In this document: positions 34,900 to 43,412 of the stretch, piece after piece | Numbering within the stretch: position 1 is the stretch's first letter | Layout of the letters: each line of letters starts with the position of its first letter | Origin: Dehalococcoidia bacterium | GTDB lineage: Bacteria > Chloroflexota > Dehalococcoidia > Lucifugimonadales > JADFKI01 | Direction: 5' to 3' | Assembly (NCBI GenBank): GCA_034421195.1 | Contig: DAOUKP010000023.1 | Span: forward strand, 5,710-69,709 | Length of the DNA: 64,000 nucleotides | The notes under the pieces: model-generated | Seen by the model: only the letters and a program-made list of their open reading frames with translations | The model's database searches: none | What the model was told of the DNA's origin: nothing | Translations under genes and position numbers: made by a program

Positions 34900-35865
34900 A
34901 TGTCCATCAAGATAGGCATTGGATTCGGCGGCTGGCCCTTTCCGAGCGATGATCCCGAACACCTCTGGCGATATGTGGATACCTGTGAGGAGCTGGACAT
35001 CGATTCCATCTGGCTCAGCGACCGCATCGTCTCACCGCTCCTGAATATGGAGCCTATTGTCGCGCTATCCTTCGCCGCCGCGCGCACGAAGAACCTGAAG
35101 TTCGGCACGAGCGTCATCGCGCTGCCGCTTCGCAATCCGACCATACTTGCTAAGGAGATCGCTACGCTGGACTTCCTTTCCGGCGGACGCAGCCTGCCCG
35201 CCGTAGGATTGGGTACTGAGGACGCCGCCGAGTACGAGGCATGCGGCACCACTCGCCGCCGCCGTGTCAGCCGCACCGAAGAGGCAATCGAGGTGATGCG
35301 TCTGCTCTGGAAGGAGGACAATGTTACCTTCCACGGGCAGCACTTCACGCTGAACAATGTAACCGTGCAGCCCAAGCCCGTCTTCCCGCCCGACGGCATG
35401 CCGCCGATATGGATTGGCGGTCGCAGCGAACCCGCGCTCAGGCGCACGGCGCGAATCGGCGACGGCTGGCTCGTCTCGCAGGCGACGCCGGATGAGGTCA
35501 AGGACGGTGTGGACAAGATTTCCACCTGGGCCGTCGAGTACGACAACGACATCGAGGAAGACCACTACGGCGTACTCACCAGCTTCTTCATCGACGACGA
35601 TGCAGAAGATGCGGAGCGCATCGCCACCCCGTATATGCTGCGCCGCCGCGAGGATATTCACTGGCGCGAGTTCTCATCGTTCGGCAGGCCCGAAGTTATA
35701 CGCGAACTCATAGACGAGTACATAGAGGCGGGCGCGGAGAAGTTTGTGATGCGCCCAGCCTGCCCGCCTGAAATGATGCAAGAGCAGCTCGAAATACTCG
35801 GCAACGAAGTTGTTCCTCACTACCACACAGCAGTCGAAGACGCAGAGGTGAAGGTCTATGCCTGA
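34900..35865 (+). CDS. LLM-class (luciferase-like) F420/flavin-dependent oxidoreductase
   Basis: ORF track 34888..35865. MSIKIGIGFGGW..., IDSIWLSDRI, FGTSVIALPLRNPTILAKEIATLDFLSGGR. Paralogous in pattern to 3013..3966. Confidence 0.8.
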   Translation: MSIKIGIGFGGWPFPSDDPEHLWRYVDTCEELDIDSIWLSDRIVSPLLNMEPIVALSFAAARTKNLKFGTSVIALPLRNPTILAKEIATLDFLSGGRSLPAVGLGTEDAAEYEACGTTRRRRVSRTEEAIEVMRLLWKEDNVTFHGQHFTLNNVTVQPKPVFPPDGMPPIWIGGRSEPALRRTARIGDGWLVSQATPDEVKDGVDKISTWAVEYDNDIEEDHYGVLTSFFIDDDAEDAERIATPYMLRRREDIHWREFSSFGRPEVIRELIDEYIEAGAEKFVMRPACPPEMMQEQLEILGNEVVPHYHTAVEDAEVKVYA

Positions 35866-36736
35866 TTACACCACCAGAGTCGGCAATGTGGAGATTCTTG
35901 CGCTGTCTGACGGCAGCATTCGCTTCACGCCGGACGACTTCTTCCCTTCCGTTCCTGCGGAGGCGTGGGACCCCTATCGCGAATACTTCACGCCCGAGGG
36001 CGAGATGATAATGAATCTCGGCTGCTTTCTGCTGCGCTCCGAGGGCAAGACTATTCTTATAGATACGGGACTGGGCATCGACACGGGGCACTTGGATACC
36101 CTGGACAAGGGCAAGCTGCTCACGGACATGGAGGCGAAGGGCGTCGGGCGGGATGAGGTGGACATAGTCGGGATTACCCACCTGCACATCGACCATGTGG
36201 GCTGGAATTTCTTGTATAACGATGGAGGCGATGGCGCAGGTTCGCCGGAAAGCGAGGTCGAACGCAGCGGCGAGCCACAAGCTACTTTCAGCAATGCGCG
36301 CTACTGGGTCGCCAACGCGGACTGGCGCGTGTTCACTCGCGGCGCGCTCCGCAAGCGGCCGTATATCCCCGCGCAGGTGCTGCCATTGCAGGAGCAGGAC
36401 ATCCTCGAGCTTTTCGAGGGCGAGCGGCAGATGACCGGCGAGGTCTCAACGCTGCCCACTCCCGGACATACTCCGGGGCATACCAGCTTCCTGATAGCAT
36501 CGCAGGGCGAGCGCGCGATTATCACAGGCGACGCTATCCATTCGCGGGCGCAGGCACAGGAAACGCACTGGAGTCCGCGCGCAGACTCAAAGCCCGATGT
36601 TTCAGCCGAGTCGCGCAAGAACCTGCTTGAGCGCATCGAGAACGACAACGCCATGCTGATTTCCGGGCACTTCCCTGCGCCCGGATTCGGGACGCTGGTT
36701 CGCATGGAGGGGCGGCGGTATTGGCAGGCGGTGTAG
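35858..36736 (+). CDS. MBL-fold metallo-hydrolase
   Basis: ITHLHIDHVGW (HxHxDH motif), TPGHTPGHTS, later GH. 8-nt overlap with the upstream LLM gene. Confidence 0.8.
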   Translation: MPDYTTRVGNVEILALSDGSIRFTPDDFFPSVPAEAWDPYREYFTPEGEMIMNLGCFLLRSEGKTILIDTGLGIDTGHLDTLDKGKLLTDMEAKGVGRDEVDIVGITHLHIDHVGWNFLYNDGGDGAGSPESEVERSGEPQATFSNARYWVANADWRVFTRGALRKRPYIPAQVLPLQEQDILELFEGERQMTGEVSTLPTPGHTPGHTSFLIASQGERAIITGDAIHSRAQAQETHWSPRADSKPDVSAESRKNLLERIENDNAMLISGHFPAPGFGTLVRMEGRRYWQAV

Positions 36737-36765
36737 GTAGGCATTTGCCCCGCAAGCTTGGCTGA

Positions 36766-37116
36766 TCAGGCATCCGCCCTATCTATCAGCAACGTCAGGC
36801 CGTCAATCTGCCGCTTAAGCCGCGACCTGCCTGCCGGTGTCAGGCTGTACCAGGTCACAGGCCTACGGCTGCGGAAGGTCTTTTCCGCCGAAACATATTC
36901 TGCGTCTTCCAGCCTTCGCAGGTGCGCCCCCAGGCTGCCGTCCGTCTCGCCGAGCGCCTGCTTCAGGCGTGTGAACGTCAGCGCGTCATGCGCCGATAGC
37001 AGTACGCATATCGCCAGCCTGACGCGATGCTCCAGCAGACCGCTCAGAGTGGCCAGCTCTTCATCGAGCGACTGAATGTCCGAGTCAGCTTGCGGTTCCA
37101 TTTGCGCGCGCTCCAA
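36766..37116 (-). CDS. winged-helix transcriptional regulator (ArsR/MarR-like wHTH)
   Basis: HRVRLAICVLLSAHDALTFTRLKQALGETDGSLGAHLRRLEDAEYV...VTWYSLTPAGR, a typical wHTH recognition helix and wing. Confidence 0.65.
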   Translation of the reverse strand: MERAQMEPQADSDIQSLDEELATLSGLLEHRVRLAICVLLSAHDALTFTRLKQALGETDGSLGAHLRRLEDAEYVSAEKTFRSRRPVTWYSLTPAGRSRLKRQIDGLTLLIDRADA

Positions 37117-37672
37117 TGAATGCCTGTGCGGTCAGGGCGACGGCTGTGAGCACGCCGGCCGCTATCCACCCGTACTGAGGCAGGAACAGTATCGCCAGAT
37201 AGCCCACACCCAGCATCAATCCTATCGGCAGCAATTGGCGCTCCAGATGCACGCCCGCCAGCGTGTATGAGAGCGCCAGAAGCAGAACCCATAGCGCTCC
37301 GTAAACTTCCCAGCCGACGTGTCCCGACAGGGCGAGCGCAATCCCCAATACCCCGGTCGCGCCGAAAGCCGCCCAGTGCAGTCCCCAGCGGATACCTGTG
37401 CGCCTGCTCATCTGACCGGCGCGGTCGTTGGCGCGCGCGCTCAGCAGCCAACTTGCCAGAAACCCAATGGGACCCATAATCGCCCAGTACCAGCCAATGC
37501 CGCTGTACGACCAGCCCACCCAACCGTTGGTAATGAAGTCCGGCATGGAAAACCCGACGAGACTTATCGCCGCCCACATCAGATACACCGAAGGCACATG
37601 CACGCCTTTGGTGCGCTCGACTGCGCCCCTGACATAGGCAAGGTCTTCCTTCATCTGTTCACTCGTGGCCAT
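37085..37672 (-). CDS. hypothetical integral membrane protein co-transcribed with the wHTH regulator
   Basis: ORF track 37085..37753. Start moved to ATG 37670-37672 after GGAGGA. Six hydrophobic segments. 32-nt overlap with the regulator gene. Confidence 0.5.
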   Translation of the reverse strand: MATSEQMKEDLAYVRGAVERTKGVHVPSVYLMWAAISLVGFSMPDFITNGWVGWSYSGIGWYWAIMGPIGFLASWLLSARANDRAGQMSRRTGIRWGLHWAAFGATGVLGIALALSGHVGWEVYGALWVLLLALSYTLAGVHLERQLLPIGLMLGVGYLAILFLPQYGWIAAGVLTAVALTAQAFIGARANGTAS

Positions 37673-37768
37673 CACCTTCCTCCATCTCCACAGGATAAAC
37701 ACTCTGCATATCATATTACTCTGCAATATAGAGTATGATGAAGGCACAGTCAAGCCTCCGCATCGAAG

Positions 37769-37852
37769 GTAGCGTTTCCATAGTTTCCATACAGGTGGGC
37801 GAACAGCGATTTCACCCCCATCCTAACCTTCCCCCATCAAGGGGGAAGGGAC
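37769..37852 (+). repeat. G/C-hairpin intergenic repeat with left outer arm only (GTAGCGTTTCC...CAGGTGGGCGAACAGCGATTTCACCCCC...)
   Basis: The left half is nearly identical to 19646-19690. The right arm is absent. Confidence 0.85.
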
Positions 37853-38048
37853 TAATGCAAGATTCTCCGGATACGTTAACATCCTCAATTCCGTATAGAC
37901 TATAATAAGGGCTGGACTGTTCTCTGAAGAAGGTATCGGTATTATCAATTTTCGTTCGTCCTGAGCCTGTCGAAGGACGGATTGGCTTACCAAACTACGC
38001 ATGAACATACCAAGCGACCTTGACAGTGGAACGGAGGAGGAAGGGTAG

Positions 38049-38393
38049 ATGATGCCAGGTATAAGCGGGCCCGGGCGCTTGGGGTCGGGTGTGTTTTTCG
38101 GCGGCTTGATTATCGCGCTCGGTGTGGTGTTCCTGGCGAACAACCTGGGAGTCATCAACCTTGGCGGCAGCATCTTCCAGTGGTGGCCCGTTATACTTAT
38201 CGCTGTGGGAGCCTGGCTGCTCATATCGAGCGGATTTCGGAGGATGGTGGCTCCGCTGGTGCTAATCGTCATTGGCGCAATCTTTTTGCTGGGTAATCTT
38301 GGATTGGCTATAAACCTGCTGGACTACTGGCCCGTATTGCTGATAATCATTGGGGTTGTCATTCTCAGCCGCGCCATTCGCTCGCCGCGCTGA
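38049..38393 (+). CDS. LiaI/LiaF-type transmembrane-domain protein (DUF5668-like)
   Basis: 114 aa. Repeated WWPVILIAVG / YWPVLLIIIG helices typical of the LiaF N-terminal membrane domain. GGAGGAGGA RBS. Confidence 0.5.
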   Translation: MMPGISGPGRLGSGVFFGGLIIALGVVFLANNLGVINLGGSIFQWWPVILIAVGAWLLISSGFRRMVAPLVLIVIGAIFLLGNLGLAINLLDYWPVLLIIIGVVILSRAIRSPR

Positions 38394-38455
38394 CGACTCA
38401 TGCACATCACGCCAATTTGCATTTTCAGGCCGCATTGAAACATAGGGAGTAATCA

Positions 38456-39202
38456 ATGGCAGCAAGAAACGGTGCCAAACGTTCAGCACTCGGAGGCAGA
38501 TTTTTCTTTGGTGCGCTGGTCGTAATGGTTGGCATTCTCTTCCTGCTTAACAGTACGGGCGTTGCCGACTTGGACTGGCTGCTGAACTGGTGGCCCTCGC
38601 TGATTACCCTCTATGGCGTTTGGCGTCTCGTTGCGAATAGATTCCGTCGCCTGTTCTGGCCAATCGTGCTGATCATAATCGGCGCCTTCCTTCAACTGGG
38701 ACAACTCGGATTTGACATCAGTTGGGACCGGTACTGGCCTGTCGCGCTCATCGCAGTCGGCATCCTTATTCTTGGCGGCGGACTGCGAAGGAGAAGCCGC
38801 AGACGACGCCACTCCACAACCGGTCCAAACTCCTCGACGATCATCGATGTCGATGTATCCACTTCACAGGACGCAGATGACGACACGCTGCACGCGGTAG
38901 TCGGTTCGCAGGATAGGGTAATTTCCGGCGACTTTCATAGCGGCAGTATCAATGTGGTCATGGGCAGCGGCACGCTTGATATGCGAGATGCCAGAATCGT
39001 GGACAGGCCCGCAACCCTCGAAGTCTCGGTCGTCATAGGCGAAGTGAAAATCCGTGTTCCCGCCGATTGGAATGTACGCATCGTCAACTCCATACAGGTG
39101 GGGGAGGCCGAAGACATACGCGCCAGACAAAATAACGACCACAATCCTGATCTTATAGTCAAAGGCAGCCTAAAGATGGGCGGCCTGCAGATTACAGACT
39201 AG
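38456..39202 (+). CDS. LiaF-like cell-envelope stress protein (membrane domain plus C-terminal beta-rich DUF2154-like domain)
   Basis: The same WWP/YWP helices as the upstream gene, an RRRSRRRRH linker, then ...GSGTLDMRDA...LEVSVVIGEVKIRVPADWNV...GSLKMGGLQI. Confidence 0.55.
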   Translation: MAARNGAKRSALGGRFFFGALVVMVGILFLLNSTGVADLDWLLNWWPSLITLYGVWRLVANRFRRLFWPIVLIIIGAFLQLGQLGFDISWDRYWPVALIAVGILILGGGLRRRSRRRRHSTTGPNSSTIIDVDVSTSQDADDDTLHAVVGSQDRVISGDFHSGSINVVMGSGTLDMRDARIVDRPATLEVSVVIGEVKIRVPADWNVRIVNSIQVGEAEDIRARQNNDHNPDLIVKGSLKMGGLQITD

Positions 39203-39251
39203 ATTGACATGTAGATTGACGGGTGTTGATGTTTAGGTTCATTATTCTTGG

Positions 39252-39299
39252 CGCGATTTTCACCCTCATCCTAACCTTCCCCCATCATAGGGGGAAGGA
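39252..39299 (+). repeat. G/C-hairpin intergenic repeat core (GCGATTTTCACCCTCATCCTAACCTTCCCCCATCATAGGGGGAAGG)
   Basis: Direct reading, immediately upstream of fabI. Confidence 0.85.
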
Positions 39300-39320
39300 A
39301 TAAATTGCTTGGAGCATCTT

Positions 39321-40100
39321 ATGTACCCAATCGACCTTTCAGACAAGCACGGCATCGTTTTCGGCATCGCTAACCACCGCAGCATCGCATGGGCGATAGC
39401 GCAGATTTTGCACGACGCGGGAGCGAAACTCGCCATCGCATATCAGAACGAGCGCGTCAGGAACAGCGTCGCCAGGCTCGTGGAGGACTGGGAAGGCGAC
39501 ACTCCACTGATAGAGTGCGATGTCAGCGACGACTTTAATGTGGCGGCGACGTTCGATACGGTGGGCGACAGGTTCGGCTCACTGGACATCATGGTTCACA
39601 GCATCGCCTTCGCCAACCGCGACGACCTCGGCGGGCCATTCTTAGACACCGGCAGGGAGGGTTTCCGACTCGCCCTCGACATCAGCGCATATTCGCTGCT
39701 TCCCATCGCGCGCTACGGCGCTCCGCTGATGGAGCAGAACGGCGGCAGCATCCTGACACTCACCTTTCAGGCGGCAAATCGCGTCTTCCCCGGCTACAAC
39801 GTCATGGGCACGGCGAAGGCTGCGCTTGAAAACGAGGTCAAGCAACTCGCGTCCGACCTGGGACAGCAGAACATCAGGGTGAACGCAATATCCGCCGGTC
39901 CCCTGGACACGCTATCGTCCCGCGTCATCAGCCACTACCGCGACATGAAGCGTATCCACGCCGAGCGATCTCCGATGCGGCGGAACATCACCACGGACGA
40001 GGTGGCAAAGGCGGCGCTGTTCCTGTGCAGCGACCTGTCGGGGGGCATCACGGGGGAGATACTTCATGTGGATACGGGATACAATATCATGGGCATCTGA
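39321..40100 (+). CDS. fabI: enoyl-[acyl-carrier-protein] reductase (NADH)
   Basis: ORF track 39309..40100. ATG 39321 preferred. GIANHRSIAWAIA, HSIAFA, YNVMGTAKAALE (Y-x6-K), NAISAGP blocks of FabI. Confidence 0.85.
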   Translation: MYPIDLSDKHGIVFGIANHRSIAWAIAQILHDAGAKLAIAYQNERVRNSVARLVEDWEGDTPLIECDVSDDFNVAATFDTVGDRFGSLDIMVHSIAFANRDDLGGPFLDTGREGFRLALDISAYSLLPIARYGAPLMEQNGGSILTLTFQAANRVFPGYNVMGTAKAALENEVKQLASDLGQQNIRVNAISAGPLDTLSSRVISHYRDMKRIHAERSPMRRNITTDEVAKAALFLCSDLSGGITGEILHVDTGYNIMGI

Positions 40101-40154
40101 TTCAGTGCGCTATCCATCGAACAACCGAAATACCGACAAACTGAGGAACTATCC

Positions 40155-40661
40155 ATGAACTGGGCAGAAACAATCGTACAATCGCTGAAGGACAGCGAAA
40201 TCTCACTGATAGCCTTCGTCCCCGACATCAGCATCCATCAGGTTACGCAGCTACTCGAAGAGGATGACTACTTTCATGTAGTGGCGGCTACGCGCGAGGA
40301 GGAGGCGATAGGCATCGCTTCGGGCGCATACGCCACGGGACGGAAGGCAGCAGTATTCATGCAGTCCAGCGGCTTCGGCAACTGCATCAACGCAATCGCG
40401 TCGCTCTGCATTCCGTACCGCATACCGCTGCCGATGTTCATCAATCTGCGAGGCGAGGTAGATGAGTTCAACCTCGCGCAGGTGGCGATGGGACGCACTA
40501 CCCGCCCAATCCTAGATGTACTCGGCATACCGCACTATACATACGAGAGCGACGACAGACTGCACCGGCGGATAAGCGGCGCACTCAAACTATGCTACGC
40601 ATCGCGCCAGCCGCTTGCGCTGTGCATGACGCCGCTGCTGCACGGCGGCAAAATGGCGTAG
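40155..40661 (+). CDS. comD: sulfopyruvate decarboxylase alpha-subunit-like (ThDP enzyme PYR domain); phosphonopyruvate decarboxylase cannot be excluded
   Basis: 168 aa. ISLIAFVPD..., ATREEEAIGIASGAY..., MQSSGFGN pattern of split ThDP decarboxylases. Confidence 0.65.
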   Translation: MNWAETIVQSLKDSEISLIAFVPDISIHQVTQLLEEDDYFHVVAATREEEAIGIASGAYATGRKAAVFMQSSGFGNCINAIASLCIPYRIPLPMFINLRGEVDEFNLAQVAMGRTTRPILDVLGIPHYTYESDDRLHRRISGALKLCYASRQPLALCMTPLLHGGKMA

Positions 40662-40663
40662 GG

Positions 40664-40737
40664 GGCTAATAGGATATACAGGATGGAAAAGATGTTTCAC
40701 CCCCATCCTAACCTTCCCCCATCAAGGGGGAAGGGAC
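40664..40737 (+). repeat. composite repeat (GGCTAATAGGATATACAGGATGGAAAAGATG + G/C-hairpin core) inserted between comD and comE
   Basis: Direct reading. It fills almost the whole 97-nt spacer between the two subunit genes. Confidence 0.9.
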
Positions 40738-40758
40738 TTATTACGGAGGTAAAGGGAC

Positions 40759-41316
40759 TTGCATAGGCTATCCGCGACAAAGATGATTCTTGAGAACGCT
40801 GGCGACTTGCCCATCGTCGCCAATCTTGGCCCCACATCGGACGAGCTATGGCACCTCGCGCCGGAGCGCGACCGCAACTTCTACGGCTACGGCTCGATGG
40901 GACTGTGCTCGTCTATGGCGCTGGGCATGGCGCTGTCCACAGACGAGAAGGTCGTCTCTCTTGACGGTGACGGCAGCCTGCTGATGAATATGGGCACGCT
41001 CGCCACCATCGGCAGGGAGCAGCCGCGCAACCTGATTGTCATTGTATGGGACAATGAGATGTGGGGGCAGACGGGCGCACAGCCCACGCACACGGCATTC
41101 GGCACAAGCCTGGAACAAGTGGGAAGGGGCTGCAATATCTCCAAGACGGCGACCGTTGACGATGAAGAGTCTCTCGCCACAGTGTTCCGGCAGGCTCTGA
41201 GCGAAGACGGTCCCTGGCTTATCGTCGCAAAGATCGAAGAGGAAGAATATCTACCCACAGCGCCGGTCGAGCCTGAGATGACGCTGTACAATTTCCGCAA
41301 GACTTTCGCGGACTAA
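40759..41316 (+). CDS. comE: sulfopyruvate decarboxylase beta-subunit-like (ThDP-binding PP domain)
   Basis: TTG start 9 nt after GGAGG. GSMGLCSSMALGMA, SLDGDGSLLMNMGTLAT...N (GDG-x24-27-N ThDP motif). Confidence 0.65.
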   Translation: MHRLSATKMILENAGDLPIVANLGPTSDELWHLAPERDRNFYGYGSMGLCSSMALGMALSTDEKVVSLDGDGSLLMNMGTLATIGREQPRNLIVIVWDNEMWGQTGAQPTHTAFGTSLEQVGRGCNISKTATVDDEESLATVFRQALSEDGPWLIVAKIEEEEYLPTAPVEPEMTLYNFRKTFAD

Positions 41317-41344
41317 CAGGATGTACAGGATAGATAGGATGATG
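41313..41344 (+). repeat. purine-rich tandem motif CTAACAGGATGTACAGGATAGATAGGATGATG starting on the comE stop codon
   Basis: TAA at 41314-41316 is part of the motif. The motif ends 2 nt before ATG 41347. Confidence 0.8.
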
Positions 41345-41346
41345 AA

Positions 41347-41727
41347 ATGCCAGCGTCCATGCCCGAGTCAATCTACCTAGAAGTGGATGACAACGCCAAC
41401 TGCGAGTACATGCCGCTGATGCTGTATGAGGCGCACGCTGACGCAGTGCCGGTTAGCCGCATCGTACTCGATGAACCCGGCAGACCGCCCGGTGTGTATC
41501 AGGTAACGGGCTGGAGCAGCGAAGACGACGGCTCGCCTTGTGCCGCGATGTACGCGCCCGTCTCAGACTCGGGGCAGGCGGTAGTGCATCTTGTGTTCGG
41601 CGGCGACTGGGGCATACGGATGAAGCCTGATGAATCCACCGCCGCCTGGAGTATGGACGACCCGGAGCAGTTCGGCGAACCATACGTCATGCTCATGGAT
41701 GAGAGCGCGGTTATTCTCGACGACTAA
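41347..41727 (+). CDS. hypothetical acidic protein
   Basis: 126 aa, no recognisable motif. Tightly follows comE. Confidence 0.4.
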   Translation: MPASMPESIYLEVDDNANCEYMPLMLYEAHADAVPVSRIVLDEPGRPPGVYQVTGWSSEDDGSPCAAMYAPVSDSGQAVVHLVFGGDWGIRMKPDESTAAWSMDDPEQFGEPYVMLMDESAVILDD

Positions 41728-41750
41728 GCACTCTAACCTGTCCATCCATG

Positions 41751-43169
41751 TCAATTCCGGGGACGGGCGGGGGCAGCCGCGGGCTGTGTCGCAGATGCCT
41801 CCGCACTCTCCGCCTCTGAGTCCGATGTCATTCTTCCGCGCAGAGAGGGGACCAGCAAGCCCACAAGCCCGACGGTTATCAGACCGAGCACGGCGTTGAT
41901 GGTCATTGCTCTGGGCGCGCCCATGGCATCCGCCATCGTGCCGAGCATCAGCCCGCCGATGGGACCGGCGCCGATAGCGAGCGTGATTACGCCAAGTCCC
42001 CTGCCGCGCATGTCGTCGCGCGCTACCAGCAGGATTATGGTTGCCTGCATCGCGCCGAACCCCGCCGTCCCCAGTCCCAGCAGCAGCATCAGCGCGAGCG
42101 ACACGCCGTACCACTGGGAGAACGAGAAGAGCAGCAGCATCGTCAGTCCTGCCAGCGAGCCGAATAGATAGACCCTCCCATGGTGTGTGAGATTAGACCA
42201 TGAAGCTATCCCAATCGAGCCTGTCAGCGCTCCCAGCCCTTCAAACGCGAGCAGCAACCCCATCAGCGTCGGTCCAACATCCAGCACCTCGGAGGCGACC
42301 ACCGGAATGAGCTGCTGGTAAGGAAACAGCAGCAAGTTCATGAACACCGTAATCAGCACTACCGCAAGAAGAGTGGCTTCGCTGGCGACATATCGGACGC
42401 CCTCCGTAAGATTCCTAAGTATGTTCCAGGAAGCCTGCGTAGTCGTTGTCGTATCGCGCGCCGGCGTCTTCACATTGAGCATCATGATTGCCGATGTAAT
42501 GAAGAATAGCAGCGTTACAGCGTAGCCTGCTTCAAGACCATAACCGTCGCTGAAGAGAAAAAGACTTATGCTAATCAGCCCTCCGCCAATCAGGGGGCCC
42601 AGCATGCGGCTTGAGTGCATGCCCACAGAGTCAAGCGCGATGGCGTTGTTCACACGCGCCCTGCCAAGCACATCCAGCACGATGGTTCGGCGGGAGGGCA
42701 TGTCCAGCCCCCAGCCTATACCGCCGACCAGCATTACCAGGTAGGCGTGCCAGTACTGGACGTTGCCCGTGGAAAAGATGAGGTCGGTGAATATGAGCGC
42801 CGCCATCCCGGTCGCCGCCAGCAGGTTCGCGAACAGCGTACACAGCAACAGCTTGCGCTTGTCCAGCCGGTCCGCGAGCACTCCCCCGAACACGCCCAAC
42901 ACCACCAGCGGGCCCATGCCCGAAAAGCCCACGAGCGTGACGAGGAACGCGCTTCCCGTCTCCTCGAACACGAACCAACCCAACATAGTCATCTGCATCC
43001 AGCGCGAGATGTACGCAAAGAAGTTACTCACCCACAGCAGACGATAGTTGGGGTTCAGGAAGGCGTCGAATGTGTGGATACTGCGGGGTATGCGTCTTGC
43101 CAAGTCCGAATGTCCAGTCGTGAGATTAACACCGTTGTAACACCAAGACATTCTATACCGCGCGGGCAT
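41751..43169 (-). CDS. MFS transporter
   Basis: About 12-14 hydrophobic segments, GGVLADRLDKRK loop motif. The start is uncertain (43169 or 43151). Confidence 0.8.
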   Translation of the reverse strand: MPARYRMSWCYNGVNLTTGHSDLARRIPRSIHTFDAFLNPNYRLLWVSNFFAYISRWMQMTMLGWFVFEETGSAFLVTLVGFSGMGPLVVLGVFGGVLADRLDKRKLLLCTLFANLLAATGMAALIFTDLIFSTGNVQYWHAYLVMLVGGIGWGLDMPSRRTIVLDVLGRARVNNAIALDSVGMHSSRMLGPLIGGGLISISLFLFSDGYGLEAGYAVTLLFFITSAIMMLNVKTPARDTTTTTQASWNILRNLTEGVRYVASEATLLAVVLITVFMNLLLFPYQQLIPVVASEVLDVGPTLMGLLLAFEGLGALTGSIGIASWSNLTHHGRVYLFGSLAGLTMLLLFSFSQWYGVSLALMLLLGLGTAGFGAMQATIILLVARDDMRGRGLGVITLAIGAGPIGGLMLGTMADAMGAPRAMTINAVLGLITVGLVGLLVPSLRGRMTSDSEAESAEASATQPAAAPARPRN

Positions 43170-43412
43170 CGGCTGAAAGCCAAATTATGGCGCAAAGATT
43201 GGTAACACATGGCTCAAATCTTTGTTATAGTTTATGAGTGCGATTTTTCGAGACACGTCGAACATTGACATGCATTAGAAAATCCTTTTCGCTGGCTTGA
43301 GACGAGTGGCCATCCCATTCGCCCTGCATTCATGGAAGGATTGAATTTCCCTGCCAATCTTCCGGTGAAAACGCTACTCCGAAATACCGAATAATCCCCA
43401 GGAGTCCCACAC

